From Clostridia bacterium (GTDB taxonomy: Bacteria; Bacillota; Clostridia; UBA1212; UBA1255), in the NCBI GenBank assembly GCA_017517275.1, contig JAFWZX010000038.1:388-64387 (forward strand): 64,000 bases of DNA, read 5' to 3'. Positions 17,121-26,359 of this stretch are shown here, one piece after another. Position 1 is the stretch's first letter. Each line of letters starts with the position of its first letter. The position numbers and the translations under genes are program-made. The notes below the pieces were generated by a model. That model saw only the letters and a list, made by a program, of their open reading frames with translations, was not told where the DNA came from and made no database searches.

Positions 17121-18362
17121 TCAGAATAACAATATCAGGAACTGTGATACCAGTACTACTGCAATCAATGCAATAGGATACGTTGCAGCATAAGCTGCAG
17201 CAACGTCTTCCGTCTTAGCTACGTTAATGAGCGTACCCAGAGCCGGAGTACTTGTCATACCGCCTGTAATAGAACCAAGGTTATTGAGCAAGCTTAATTT
17301 GAGAACGTATTTTGCAAAAATATAGCCTACAATCATAGGGAAGATTGTCATGATTACACCGTAGATAAAATACGTAAGATTGAACAGTTCAATAAATTTA
17401 GCCCCGCCTGCAATACCGGCACCGATTAAGAATAACATCAATCCAAGTTCACGGAACACCTTAAGAGTATGCTCATCAGGCATAATAGAGATCTTGCCGA
17501 TTCGGTTGAAATGACCGAAGATAAGAGCTATCAGCAAACATCCTCCTGTTGTTGTCAATGAAAAGGTAGTGCCGCTTAATCCGTTTCCTGTAAGAGGAAT
17601 CTTTATAGCACCGACAAAAACACCTATAATGGCTGCCAGTGAAAAGGCTGCAAAACCAAATCCGTCAATGTGAATTAATTTGCCGTTGTAAATCTTTTGT
17701 TTACCCTCAGATACTAAAACGAGCTTCTTACGTTCATCGTCCATATTTGCCTTAGAAAACTTAGGCATAAGCTGTACAAATAATACAACGCCTATAACAC
17801 CGAAGATGTATGCAATACCGTGTCCCACAGATACAAGATTCTCAAGTTCAGGAGCAACAGTGTCCTTTGCCGCGGAAAATGCCGGTGTAGAAGTCAATGA
17901 ACCGGATAAAAGGCCTACAATCATAGCTGTAAATCCGTCGTTATCAAGTCCTCCTGTACCAACAGCTCTGCCAATATATATACATGCTATAGCAGAAACA
18001 CCGCCTGCAAGTATTACTATGAGACCCAAAAGTACGTAAGACTTAAAATTCTTTTTCATGTTTCCGAAGAATTTAGGTCCTGCGATAAAACCAACTGAAG
18101 TAACAAATAAAATCAATCCGAAAGTCTCAACTAATTTAAGCGATTTACCTATATCCATTCCGTTTGCTGTTAAATTCTCCTGAAGCTGAGTGTAGAACAA
18201 GCAACCAAATAATAAAGCTATAATAAATACGCCGGCTGTACCAAGAGATACACCCTTAATTGTAACCCTGCCAAGTAGATAACCAACAGCAGCAATCGCA
18301 AATACACAAAAAAGCAAGAATGCAACACCGTTTACGGTTATTACTCCTCCAAATAAATTCAT
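17121..18362 (-). CDS. AAE-family (AspT/YidE/YbjL, Asp-Al_Ex duplication) transporter; putative C4-dicarboxylate (succinate) exporter
   Basis: The product is 413 aa with two homologous halves of ~5 TM helices each. The N-terminus LGRVTIKGVSLGTAGVFIIALLFG is typical of the YidE/YbjL family. There is no central TrkA_C domain. Confidence 0.7.
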   Translation of the reverse strand: MNLFGGVITVNGVAFLLFCVFAIAAVGYLLGRVTIKGVSLGTAGVFIIALLFGCLFYTQLQENLTANGMDIGKSLKLVETFGLILFVTSVGFIAGPKFFGNMKKNFKSYVLLGLIVILAGGVSAIACIYIGRAVGTGGLDNDGFTAMIVGLLSGSLTSTPAFSAAKDTVAPELENLVSVGHGIAYIFGVIGVVLFVQLMPKFSKANMDDERKKLVLVSEGKQKIYNGKLIHIDGFGFAAFSLAAIIGVFVGAIKIPLTGNGLSGTTFSLTTTGGCLLIALIFGHFNRIGKISIMPDEHTLKVFRELGLMLFLIGAGIAGGAKFIELFNLTYFIYGVIMTIFPMIVGYIFAKYVLKLSLLNNLGSITGGMTSTPALGTLINVAKTEDVAAAYAATYPIALIAVVLVSQFLILLF

Positions 18363-18390
18363 TGTTATATTACCTCTTTCCCAAACTTAA

Positions 18391-19986
18391 TTACTTTCTC
18401 CTGTAATCAGGAAGCAGCTTAGGTGATACTGCATCTGTATCAAGGCCGGCTGCTTTAATTTCATTTTCGAATGCTTCAACATGTGCAAGAGTAAGCGTAC
18501 CCACTTGAACATCTTTACATTTTGCAGCTGCACTCTTACCTGCACTACGGCCAAACACAATAATATCGAGAAGTGAATTACCCATAAGCCTGTTTCTACC
18601 GTGTATTCCTCCCACTGCCTCACCTGCAACGAAGAGATTCTCTACGTTTGTTGTCATACAGTCAGCACTGATATCAAGACCGCCATTCTGATAATGAAGT
18701 GTGGGATAGACAAGAATCGGTTCTTTACGGATATCAATACCGTATTTACCAAACATACGCATCATAGCAGGAATTCTCGCTTCGATAGTGCCTTCTCCTC
18801 CGATTTTCTCAATCATAGGCGTATCAAGCCATACTGCAAGGCCGCTGCCTGTATCTATTCCGTTGCCTCTTGTGGAGCATTCACGAATAATGGAAGCTGC
18901 TGAAACGTCACGAGTTTCTAACGGATGCATAAATGCTTCGCCGTTTACGTTAATAAGTTTAGCGCCAAGAGATCGAACTTTCTCTGTAACCAAAGCACCA
19001 AAAATTTGTTCAGGATATGCGGCGCCTGTAGGATGATATTGAAGTGTATCTGCATAAAGGAGCTTTGCGCCGACACGGTAACCCAATACTAAACCGTCAG
19101 CGGTAGCTCCGTAATGGTTTGAGGTAGGGAATCCCTGGTAATGCATACGACCTGCACCGCCTGTTGATATAATAACTGTCTTTGCTTTAGCAACAAGCAG
19201 TTCTTTTGTCTCCATGTTAAGGAGAACTGCACCTGCAGCATTTCCTTTATCATCTAAAATCAGCTCTATTGCAGCAGTAAAATCAACTACCGGAATACCG
19301 CGATTGAGAACCTCATCACGAAGTGTACGCATAATCTCAGCACCCGAATAGTCTTTTGCAGCGTGCATACGCTTTCTTGACGTACCGCCGCCGTGTGTTG
19401 TAATCATGTTGCCTTCTGCATCTTTATCAAACTCAACTCCAAGATCGTTAAGCCATTTAATAGCATCAGGAGCATCACAAACGAGTTTTGATAAAAGCTC
19501 ACGTTTAGCAGCATAGTGACCGCCGCCAAAGGCATCTACAAAGTGAATTGCAGGAGAGTCATTTGCTTTATCTGCGGCCTGTATACCACCTTCTGCCATC
19601 ATTGTGTTGGCATCTCCGATACGAAGCTTTGTTACGATCATAACGTTAGCCCCAGCCTCATGAGCTTCGATTGCAGCTGAAGAGCCTGCGCCGCCGCCAC
19701 CGATAACAAGTACATCTACGTCATAATCAGGTTTATCAAGGTTAACACTGTCTGCGGTGATACGGCTGTGAGCCTGCAAAATCGCAGCCAATTCAACCGG
19801 TACCTTTTCACCTTTATTAGGACCGATCTTTAGCTCTGTAAATTGATCTTCTTTATAATCCGGATGATATGCCTTAAGCAAATCTTCTTTTTCCTGAGCC
19901 GTCATACGACGCGGTTCTAATTTTATATTATTCTCTCTTGCTGCCTCAACAGCCTTTAAGGATTCTGCAAATCTTTCAGGATACAT
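18391..19986 (-). CDS. fumarate reductase/succinate dehydrogenase-type flavoprotein (FrdA/TfrA-like, soluble)
   Basis: It has the FAD dinucleotide fold DVLVIGGGGAGSSAAIEA. The FrdA active-site counterparts are present: QYHPTG, TEKVRSLGA (Arg), LHYQNGG and HGRNRLMGNSLLD. Where SdhA/FrdA have the FAD-linking His (SHTVAAxGG), this protein has ANTMMAEGG. It also has a ~95-aa N-terminal extension. Confidence 0.8.
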   Translation of the reverse strand: MYPERFAESLKAVEAARENNIKLEPRRMTAQEKEDLLKAYHPDYKEDQFTELKIGPNKGEKVPVELAAILQAHSRITADSVNLDKPDYDVDVLVIGGGGAGSSAAIEAHEAGANVMIVTKLRIGDANTMMAEGGIQAADKANDSPAIHFVDAFGGGHYAAKRELLSKLVCDAPDAIKWLNDLGVEFDKDAEGNMITTHGGGTSRKRMHAAKDYSGAEIMRTLRDEVLNRGIPVVDFTAAIELILDDKGNAAGAVLLNMETKELLVAKAKTVIISTGGAGRMHYQGFPTSNHYGATADGLVLGYRVGAKLLYADTLQYHPTGAAYPEQIFGALVTEKVRSLGAKLINVNGEAFMHPLETRDVSAASIIRECSTRGNGIDTGSGLAVWLDTPMIEKIGGEGTIEARIPAMMRMFGKYGIDIRKEPILVYPTLHYQNGGLDISADCMTTNVENLFVAGEAVGGIHGRNRLMGNSLLDIIVFGRSAGKSAAAKCKDVQVGTLTLAHVEAFENEIKAAGLDTDAVSPKLLPDYRRK

Positions 19987-19998
19987 GAAACTACCTCC

Positions 19999-20673
19999 TT
20001 ATTTTTCAATATCTCTGTGATTGTAAAGCTCTTTAATCTCATCTACCGGCTTATTCATAAGGGCCTCGATAAGATCTGTGAATGTTCCGTCTTTAATCTC
20101 TTGTACTCTGTTCTCAAGATGAGCTGACTTAGGAGCAAGATATTTGCCGTTAAGTCTGCGCGCAAGCATTGCCACTTGAGGATGTGAGATTCCGGCAGGA
20201 CAACGTGATGAACATACGCCGCACATTACACAGTCAAATGATTCTTCTGCGCATTTCTCGTATTCTCCTCTTTGAGCGTATGCAATGTACTGCATTACGT
20301 TAAGATCCTGTGTACAACTCTTTGTACAAGCATTGCAACCGATACAAGCATAAATCTCAGGATAGAGTTGCATCATTATCTGTTCTGTAGGCTTTACTTC
20401 TTCAATGTTATATACTTCTTTAACAAGGGGGAAGAAAGGAAGTGTTGCAATATACATGTTGTCTTCTACCTTTGTTTGACAAGCAAGACATGCTTTTAAC
20501 TCTTTATCTCCTTTGATTCGATAAATCGTTGCGCACGCACCGCAAAATCCGTTACGGCATCCACAACCACGCACTAACTGATATCCTGCATATTCCATAG
20601 CAGTCATGATTGTAAGGTTCTCCGGCACTGTATATTTTTTACCGAATAAAAATATATTTACCATATTTTCCAT
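19999..20673 (-). CDS. iron-sulfur subunit, FrdB/SdhB-like (2Fe-2S + two Cys-cluster motifs)
   Basis: It has an N-terminal plant-ferredoxin-like motif (CGCRNGFCGAC...C), followed by CIGCNACTKSC and CVMCGVCSSRCP. The product is 224 aa. Confidence 0.75.
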   Translation of the reverse strand: MENMVNIFLFGKKYTVPENLTIMTAMEYAGYQLVRGCGCRNGFCGACATIYRIKGDKELKACLACQTKVEDNMYIATLPFFPLVKEVYNIEEVKPTEQIMMQLYPEIYACIGCNACTKSCTQDLNVMQYIAYAQRGEYEKCAEESFDCVMCGVCSSRCPAGISHPQVAMLARRLNGKYLAPKSAHLENRVQEIKDGTFTDLIEALMNKPVDEIKELYNHRDIEK

Positions 20674-20693
20674 CTTTATTATCCTCCTTGTTA

Positions 20694-21527
20694 TTAATAC
20701 TCATCAGGTAATTCTTCTAACTGGTCACAGCGGAATACCGGGCCGTCTTTGCAAACGTATTTTGAGCCAATATTACATCTTCCGCATTTGCCCACTCCGC
20801 ATTTCATGCGAAGCTCCATCGTTGTGTAAACCTGCTGTTTGTTGTAGCCCATAGAAATAAGGCCTTCTAACGTAAATTTAATCATTATCGGTGGGCCGCA
20901 GATAATTACTGTCTTATTTGTATCGAAATTAAGTTCTTTTACATAATTTGGTACGAATCCAACGTGTCCGTCCCAGCCTTCTTGTTCACGGTCGATAGTA
21001 AGGTGAACGTCAATACCGTCATCTTCCATCCACTCGTTAATGATTTCCTGATAATCTACCAGATCATCTTTACTTCTTGAACCATATACTATGTCAATCT
21101 TGCCGTATCTGTCTCTGTAGTGTCTGCAATAATTGATTACAGAACGTAGCGGTGCAAGGCCGATACCACCGGCAACAAACAGAAGATCTTTTCCCACAAA
21201 TGCGTCATCTACAGGGAACGGATTGCCGTAGGGACCTCTGATTGTTATTTGTTGTCCTACTTCTGCTTGGTGAAGCCACTCAGTAACACATCCGCATTTC
21301 TTTATTGAAAATTCCATATATTCTGTATTTGTAGGCGCAGACGTTATTGAAAACATTGCCTCGCCTACGCCCGGAATAGAAAGCATCGCGCATTGTCCGG
21401 GTTTATGGTCAAAAGCCTTCTTGCCATCCGGAGTGACAACTCGGAAAGTCTTAACATCCGGAGTATCTATACGTACGTCGGTAATCACACCGACTTTCGG
21501 AATCAAAGCTTCGTAATTAACGTCCAT
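20694..21527 (-). CDS. FAD/NAD(P)H-binding oxidoreductase with C-terminal 2Fe-2S (PyrK/AsrB/HydG/FlxA-like)
   Basis: It has an FNR-like fold with a GGIGLAP nucleotide motif and an FSITS flavin motif. The C-terminal motif is CGVGKCGRC...C. Confidence 0.8.
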   Translation of the reverse strand: MDVNYEALIPKVGVITDVRIDTPDVKTFRVVTPDGKKAFDHKPGQCAMLSIPGVGEAMFSITSAPTNTEYMEFSIKKCGCVTEWLHQAEVGQQITIRGPYGNPFPVDDAFVGKDLLFVAGGIGLAPLRSVINYCRHYRDRYGKIDIVYGSRSKDDLVDYQEIINEWMEDDGIDVHLTIDREQEGWDGHVGFVPNYVKELNFDTNKTVIICGPPIMIKFTLEGLISMGYNKQQVYTTMELRMKCGVGKCGRCNIGSKYVCKDGPVFRCDQLEELPDEY

Positions 21528-21528
21528 A

Positions 21529-22545
21529 TCATTCTTCTCCTAACTTCTTCATAACTTTAACAATATTCATTGAGATCGGGCATTTAGCCAAACATCTTCC
21601 GCAACCGACACAGCCAAAAATGCCTTCGTTGTTTTCCGGATAATATACAAGCTTGTGCATAAATCTCTGACGAAACCGCTCTACCTGGGAATTTCTTGAA
21701 TTACCGTGAGCCATTTTCGTAAAGTCTGAATACATGCAGGAATCCCAACAACGGAAACGAATGACGCCATTGCCTGTATCATAATCTTTTATATCATAGC
21801 ACTGACAAGTAGGACATACAAACGTACAAGTACCACAGCCTAAGCAAGCTTGTGACAACTCTTTCCATGCCGGAGAATTAAAGAATTCATTTGTTTTTCC
21901 GCCACCGAATTTCTCAGCGGAAAGATTCGCAAGAGGCAATCTTTCCATGATTCTGCGGGTCTTGTCTTGCTGAGCTGAAACTGCGCTGTCATCACATTCT
22001 TCAGTAAGACCGTCTAATTTAGCCAGCAATTTCTCTCCTTTGTCTGTATTTGCACGCATATATATACTGTCTTGTGTTTTCCAACAAGTAATATCACCGG
22101 CAGGATTTGCAGCATCAATATCAAACGTACCGCAAAAACACGTCTCTGCAGGTCTTGTACATGCCATAGAAATAATAACACTATGTGCTCTTCTATTTGC
22201 ATAATAGCTGTCAATAGGTTCTGAAAGGAAAACTCTGTCTAATATGTCAAAGCTTCTTACGTCACAGGCGCGAACACCAAATACAACAAAGTCTTCATTT
22301 TCATTTCTAACGTCAATGATATCAATCTGTTTTCCCGTTACTTTAAACTCTATTAAATTCTCAGTCTGCGGGAAGAAGAAATCTTTTGCGCTACGTACAG
22401 TATTAAGAGCGTCGCTCATCTGAACTCCGGGCTCCCAAAGCTTGTAGTTACTGCCGTTTTCACCGTCAACAGGCAGATAAAGCTTCTCATCTGCAGCAAT
22501 CTTTGCAAATATTGTATCTAATGCTTGTATTGAAAATTTACGCAT
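21529..22545 (-). CDS. Fe-S protein, AsrA/HydB/FlxB-like
   Basis: It carries CLGCGTCTFVCPTCQC and CVGCGRCLAKCP, plus the conserved WDSCMYSDFTKMAHGNSR block typical of AsrA-type subunits. Confidence 0.7.
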   Translation of the reverse strand: MRKFSIQALDTIFAKIAADEKLYLPVDGENGSNYKLWEPGVQMSDALNTVRSAKDFFFPQTENLIEFKVTGKQIDIIDVRNENEDFVVFGVRACDVRSFDILDRVFLSEPIDSYYANRRAHSVIISMACTRPAETCFCGTFDIDAANPAGDITCWKTQDSIYMRANTDKGEKLLAKLDGLTEECDDSAVSAQQDKTRRIMERLPLANLSAEKFGGGKTNEFFNSPAWKELSQACLGCGTCTFVCPTCQCYDIKDYDTGNGVIRFRCWDSCMYSDFTKMAHGNSRNSQVERFRQRFMHKLVYYPENNEGIFGCVGCGRCLAKCPISMNIVKVMKKLGEE

Positions 22546-22549
22546 ATTC

Positions 22550-23536
22550 TCACACTCCTCTGCCTACAGCTTCGCCGGGTTCAAGATCGTCAAACGTATA
22601 ATTGATAAGAGGTGCTCTGGAGCCTTCCTCCTGTCCTGCCTGGTAATCACCGTAGAAACTGTTAATGTCTTTAATGAACTTTCTGTTGAGCAAGTGAAGC
22701 GGAATTCCCTGAGGACATACTCTTGAGCATTCACCACAGTCCGTACATCTTCCGGCAACGTGGAATGCACGTATGATATGGAACATTTTTTCTTCAAAGC
22801 TGTCAGAAATCGCCTTGTTGTTTACGCTGGATTTCGGATTATCGAAAACACACTTTTCACACGTACACGCGGGGCAAATATCACGGCAAGCGTTACATCT
22901 TATGCATTTTGACAGTTGGCTTTGCCAGAAAGCAAAGCGCTCGTCTGCTGACATTTTTTCGATTTTTTCAACTTCGTCGAAGCGATTTGAATCAATTACG
23001 TCGCCTTCTTCACCCATAAGCTCGTCGTATACAACGTGTTTTTTGCTCTTACAGCTAAGACATCTTTCTGTAAGAACGTCTCCGTATGCAAGTGTCTTTT
23101 CTTCCTCGTAAAGATTCTTTACCGTAATAGAACCTTCACCTGGTATAACATCAATAATGCCCTCTCCGGCAAGAGCTTTAATCTTGCCGATATCTAACAT
23201 ACCTTCACAAGGAATGCCTACTGCATATACTTTTTCTCTTGAGAAACGGTGTTCTGTAAGAAGTTGGTTAAAGCTATAAGTGTCGCAGGGTTTTAAGAAT
23301 ACAAGCACCTTCTCTTCTGCTTTGCGCGTTTCTGCTATAAGATATTTTGAAAAATTAGCATTGCAAAAGTCATCAAAGATAAAATCTTTTTGAAGGTCTT
23401 CTTTTGTTGTGAAAACTGCCGGAGTTACGTCGTATGCAAACTCACCGATCTTCCAACCAAGAACTCTGCTCACAGTGCCGTTATCTAACAGTTCAATTGC
23501 TTTGTTTATGAGATTTTCCCGAGTTATCTTTTGCAT
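22550..23536 (-). CDS. Fe-S protein, FlxC-like (two 4Fe-4S binding motifs)
   Basis: It carries CIRCNACRDICPACTCEKC and CTDCGECSRVCP. The product is 328 aa, and its start overlaps the mvhD-like gene by 13 nt. Confidence 0.65.
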   Translation of the reverse strand: MQKITRENLINKAIELLDNGTVSRVLGWKIGEFAYDVTPAVFTTKEDLQKDFIFDDFCNANFSKYLIAETRKAEEKVLVFLKPCDTYSFNQLLTEHRFSREKVYAVGIPCEGMLDIGKIKALAGEGIIDVIPGEGSITVKNLYEEEKTLAYGDVLTERCLSCKSKKHVVYDELMGEEGDVIDSNRFDEVEKIEKMSADERFAFWQSQLSKCIRCNACRDICPACTCEKCVFDNPKSSVNNKAISDSFEEKMFHIIRAFHVAGRCTDCGECSRVCPQGIPLHLLNRKFIKDINSFYGDYQAGQEEGSRAPLINYTFDDLEPGEAVGRGV

Positions 23537-23961
23537 CTTAAGTCCTCCAATCTCTTATTTTCACCTAACGCAGCTACAGTCTGAGTAAAATCATTCATTG
23601 TTGCTGCAAATTTAGCACCCTCGGCAGCGGATACCCATTCTACACGTGTACGTTCTTTCTCAATACCAAGATATTCCAACATGGAGAATAACAGTGCCAT
23701 TCTTCTTCTGGTGTAATAGTTTCCTGACGTATAATGACAATCTCCCGGGTGGCAACCGCAAAGAATTACGCCGTCTGCACCGCGTTGGAAAGCACGCAAT
23801 ATAAACATTGGATTTACTCTGCATGAGCAAGGTACTCTAATAATCTTTACATTTTCAGGATATGCAAGACGATTGCTACCTGCAAGGTCTGCACCTGCAT
23901 ATGAACACCAGTTACAACAAAAAGCCACAATCTTAGGCTTATATTCACTATTTATCGACAT
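23524..23961 (-). CDS. mvhD: MvhD/FlxD-type iron-sulfur protein (methyl-viologen-reducing hydrogenase delta subunit family)
   Basis: It carries KIVAFCCNWCSYAGADLAG ... VPCSCRVNP ... DGVILCGCHPGDCHY, the canonical MvhD Cys pattern. The product is 145 aa. Confidence 0.88.
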   Translation of the reverse strand: MSINSEYKPKIVAFCCNWCSYAGADLAGSNRLAYPENVKIIRVPCSCRVNPMFILRAFQRGADGVILCGCHPGDCHYTSGNYYTRRRMALLFSMLEYLGIEKERTRVEWVSAAEGAKFAATMNDFTQTVAALGENKRLEDLRCKR

Positions 23962-25946
23962 ATTGCATCCACCTCCGCAATGATCTGAGCACTTTCAAAA
24001 CCGTTAAGGTCCATAGCGCCTGAAGGACAAGCTACCGTACATGCACCGCAACCTTGGCAGACAGCCGGATTGACAGATGCAACACGTCTTATGGCAGTAG
24101 TTCTGTTTGGCATACGGAACTCTTTGTCAATATATGAAATAGCACCGTAAGGACAAACGTTTGCACAAGATGAACAGCCGTTGCACATAAGCTCGTCAGC
24201 GTGTGCAACACATGGATTACTTGTAAGCTTATCTTTTGCAAGCAATCCGATAACTTTAGCTGCAGCTGCACTTGCCTGTGATACAGTTTCCGGAATATCC
24301 TTAGGTCCCTGACACGTACCTGACAGGAAAACGCCGGCAGTCGGACTCTCAACAGGACGAAGCTTTGGATGCGCTTCTGTGAAAAAGTCGTTTGTGTCCA
24401 TACTTGCAGTGAGCATTGTTGCGATTGATCTAGCTGATTTGTCAGGCTCTATTGCAGCAGCTAAAACAACCAGATCTGCTTCTATATGAAGTTGTTTATT
24501 TGCGAGAAGATCAGAAGCCTGAACCATAAGCTTATCGCCCTGAGGTGATACCTTGCCTACCATCCCCTTGATATAATGAACACCATATTCTTCTACCGCA
24601 CGACGATAGAACTCGTCGAAATTTTTACCGGGTGTACGAACGTCTATGTAGAATACGTAAACGTCAGTATCAGGATATTTATCTCTGGTGAGCATAGCGT
24701 GCTTTGCAGTGTACATACAGCAAATCTTTGAACAATATTCCTTGCCTTTGTCTGCACATGCAGCGCATCTTGAACCAACACACTGTACAAAAACGATAGT
24801 ATGAGGATGCTTTCCGTCAGAAGGACGAAGAAGCTTTCCTGCTGTGGGACCTGCCGCATTTGTAAGACGTTCGAATTCCAACGATGTAATAACGTCCTTC
24901 GACTGGTTATATGCATATTCATCAAATTTATCAAGGCTGATAGGGTTAAAACCTGTAGCTGCTACGATTGCACCGTACTGCTCTTCGATGATCTCATCTT
25001 TTTGTGTATAATCAATAGCGCCTGCCGTACATACCTTGGCACAAAGTCCGCACTTTCCTGTCTTAAGCATTGTACAATAGTCTGCATCAATAGTTGCAAC
25101 CTTAGGTACTGCCTGAGCAAAAGGAATATATACAGCTCTTCTGTTATCCATACCAAGGTTAAATTCGTTAGGCACCTTTTTCTGTGGACACTTCTCTGTA
25201 CAGATACCGCAACCCGTACATACATCCTCTTTTACAAAGCGAGCTTTTTTCTTTATTTTTACATTAAAATTACCAACAAAACCTTTTACTTCCTGAACTT
25301 CACTATATGAGAAAATTCTGATATTTTCGTTTTGTGCAACGTCAACCATCTTAGGTGTGAGAATACATGCCGCACAGTCAAGTGTCGGGAACGTTTTGTC
25401 AATCTGTGCCATCTTACCGCCGATTGTAGGTTTCTTCTCCACGATATCAACAGGAAAACCTGCTTCTGCGATATCTAAAGCTGTCTGAATACCTGCAATG
25501 CCGCCTCCGATTACGAGAGCTCTTTTTGTAACCGGAGTCTGACCAGGAATAAGAGGCGCGTTGAGATTTACTTTTGCAACTGCAGCGCGGCCTAATATAA
25601 TAGCTTTCTGAGTACCGGTCTCCATATCTTTGTGAATCCACGAACATTGTTCTCGGATATTGGCAATCTCTACCATATACGGATTAAGGCCGGCGGCCTG
25701 TGCTGTCTTACGGAATGTGGCTTCATGCATTCTCGGAGAACATGAACATACGACAACACCTGTTAACTTGTGTTCTTTAATAGCTTCCTTAATAATCTCC
25801 TGTCCCGCCTGTGAACACATGTATTGATAATCTGTGGAAAAGACAACACCGGGTTCACTTCTAAGAGCCTCAGCTACAGCCTTAACATCTACAGTACCTG
25901 CGATATTACTACCGCACCAGCATACGAATACACCAATTCTTTGCAT
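23952..25946 (-). CDS. hdrA: heterodisulfide reductase subunit A-like flavoprotein (HdrA)
   Basis: It has an N-terminal Cys domain (IGVFVCWCGSNIAG) and the FAD fold ALVIGGGIAGIQTALDIAEAG. An inserted ferredoxin domain (CTGCGICTEKCP, CGLCAKVCTAGA), CVGSR and a C-terminal 2x4Fe-4S domain (CNGCSSCANVCP, CQGCGACTVACP) are also present. The product is 664 aa. Confidence 0.9.
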   Translation of the reverse strand: MQRIGVFVCWCGSNIAGTVDVKAVAEALRSEPGVVFSTDYQYMCSQAGQEIIKEAIKEHKLTGVVVCSCSPRMHEATFRKTAQAAGLNPYMVEIANIREQCSWIHKDMETGTQKAIILGRAAVAKVNLNAPLIPGQTPVTKRALVIGGGIAGIQTALDIAEAGFPVDIVEKKPTIGGKMAQIDKTFPTLDCAACILTPKMVDVAQNENIRIFSYSEVQEVKGFVGNFNVKIKKKARFVKEDVCTGCGICTEKCPQKKVPNEFNLGMDNRRAVYIPFAQAVPKVATIDADYCTMLKTGKCGLCAKVCTAGAIDYTQKDEIIEEQYGAIVAATGFNPISLDKFDEYAYNQSKDVITSLEFERLTNAAGPTAGKLLRPSDGKHPHTIVFVQCVGSRCAACADKGKEYCSKICCMYTAKHAMLTRDKYPDTDVYVFYIDVRTPGKNFDEFYRRAVEEYGVHYIKGMVGKVSPQGDKLMVQASDLLANKQLHIEADLVVLAAAIEPDKSARSIATMLTASMDTNDFFTEAHPKLRPVESPTAGVFLSGTCQGPKDIPETVSQASAAAAKVIGLLAKDKLTSNPCVAHADELMCNGCSSCANVCPYGAISYIDKEFRMPNRTTAIRRVASVNPAVCQGCGACTVACPSGAMDLNGFESAQIIAEVDAICR

Positions 25947-25960
25947 TTGTCTTTCCCTCC

Positions 25961-26359
25961 TTATTTATGATATTTTCTTAAAGCACTTACGATAGCCTGC
26001 TGCGGCAGATCCTCTTCTACCATTGCAGGAATACTGTCAGGCTTCATATGATTTGCGCCTTGTTTACGAATTACCTCAAGACGTACGGCTTCAACTAATT
26101 TTGCAGGTTCAACGCCTCTCGGGCATCTGTCCACACATGCAAAGCATGTAAGACACTGGTACAGCGAATTGCTGTTCATAAGAGGCTCGATGTCTCCGCT
26201 CTCTACCATGTACACAAATTGATGCGGATGATATTCCATAGTATCAAATGCAGGACACGTAGCCGTGCATTTACCGCAGCGCATGCATTTTACCGGATTA
26301 ACACCGCTTCTGCGTATAATCTCGCTGCGAACGTTGTCATTCTTGTTATGCATTTGCAT
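25961..26359 (-). CDS. hdrC: heterodisulfide reductase subunit C-like (2 x 4Fe-4S)
   Basis: It carries CMRCGKCTATCP and CLTCFACVDRCP. The product is 132 aa. Confidence 0.85.
   Translation of the reverse strand: MQMHNKNDNVRSEIIRRSGVNPVKCMRCGKCTATCPAFDTMEYHPHQFVYMVESGDIEPLMNSNSLYQCLTCFACVDRCPRGVEPAKLVEAVRLEVIRKQGANHMKPDSIPAMVEEDLPQQAIVSALRKYHK

Noticed and set aside
18391-19986. The FrdA-like flavoprotein as APS reductase AprA (a Qmo/Hdr-associated enzyme) or L-aspartate oxidase NadB.
   Set aside because: The partner Fe-S subunit is FrdB-like (2Fe-2S plus two cluster motifs), not AprB-like. By eye, all four fumarate-site His/Arg positions appear present. The operon starts with mdh and fumC. 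Still, this assignment needs a proper phylogeny.
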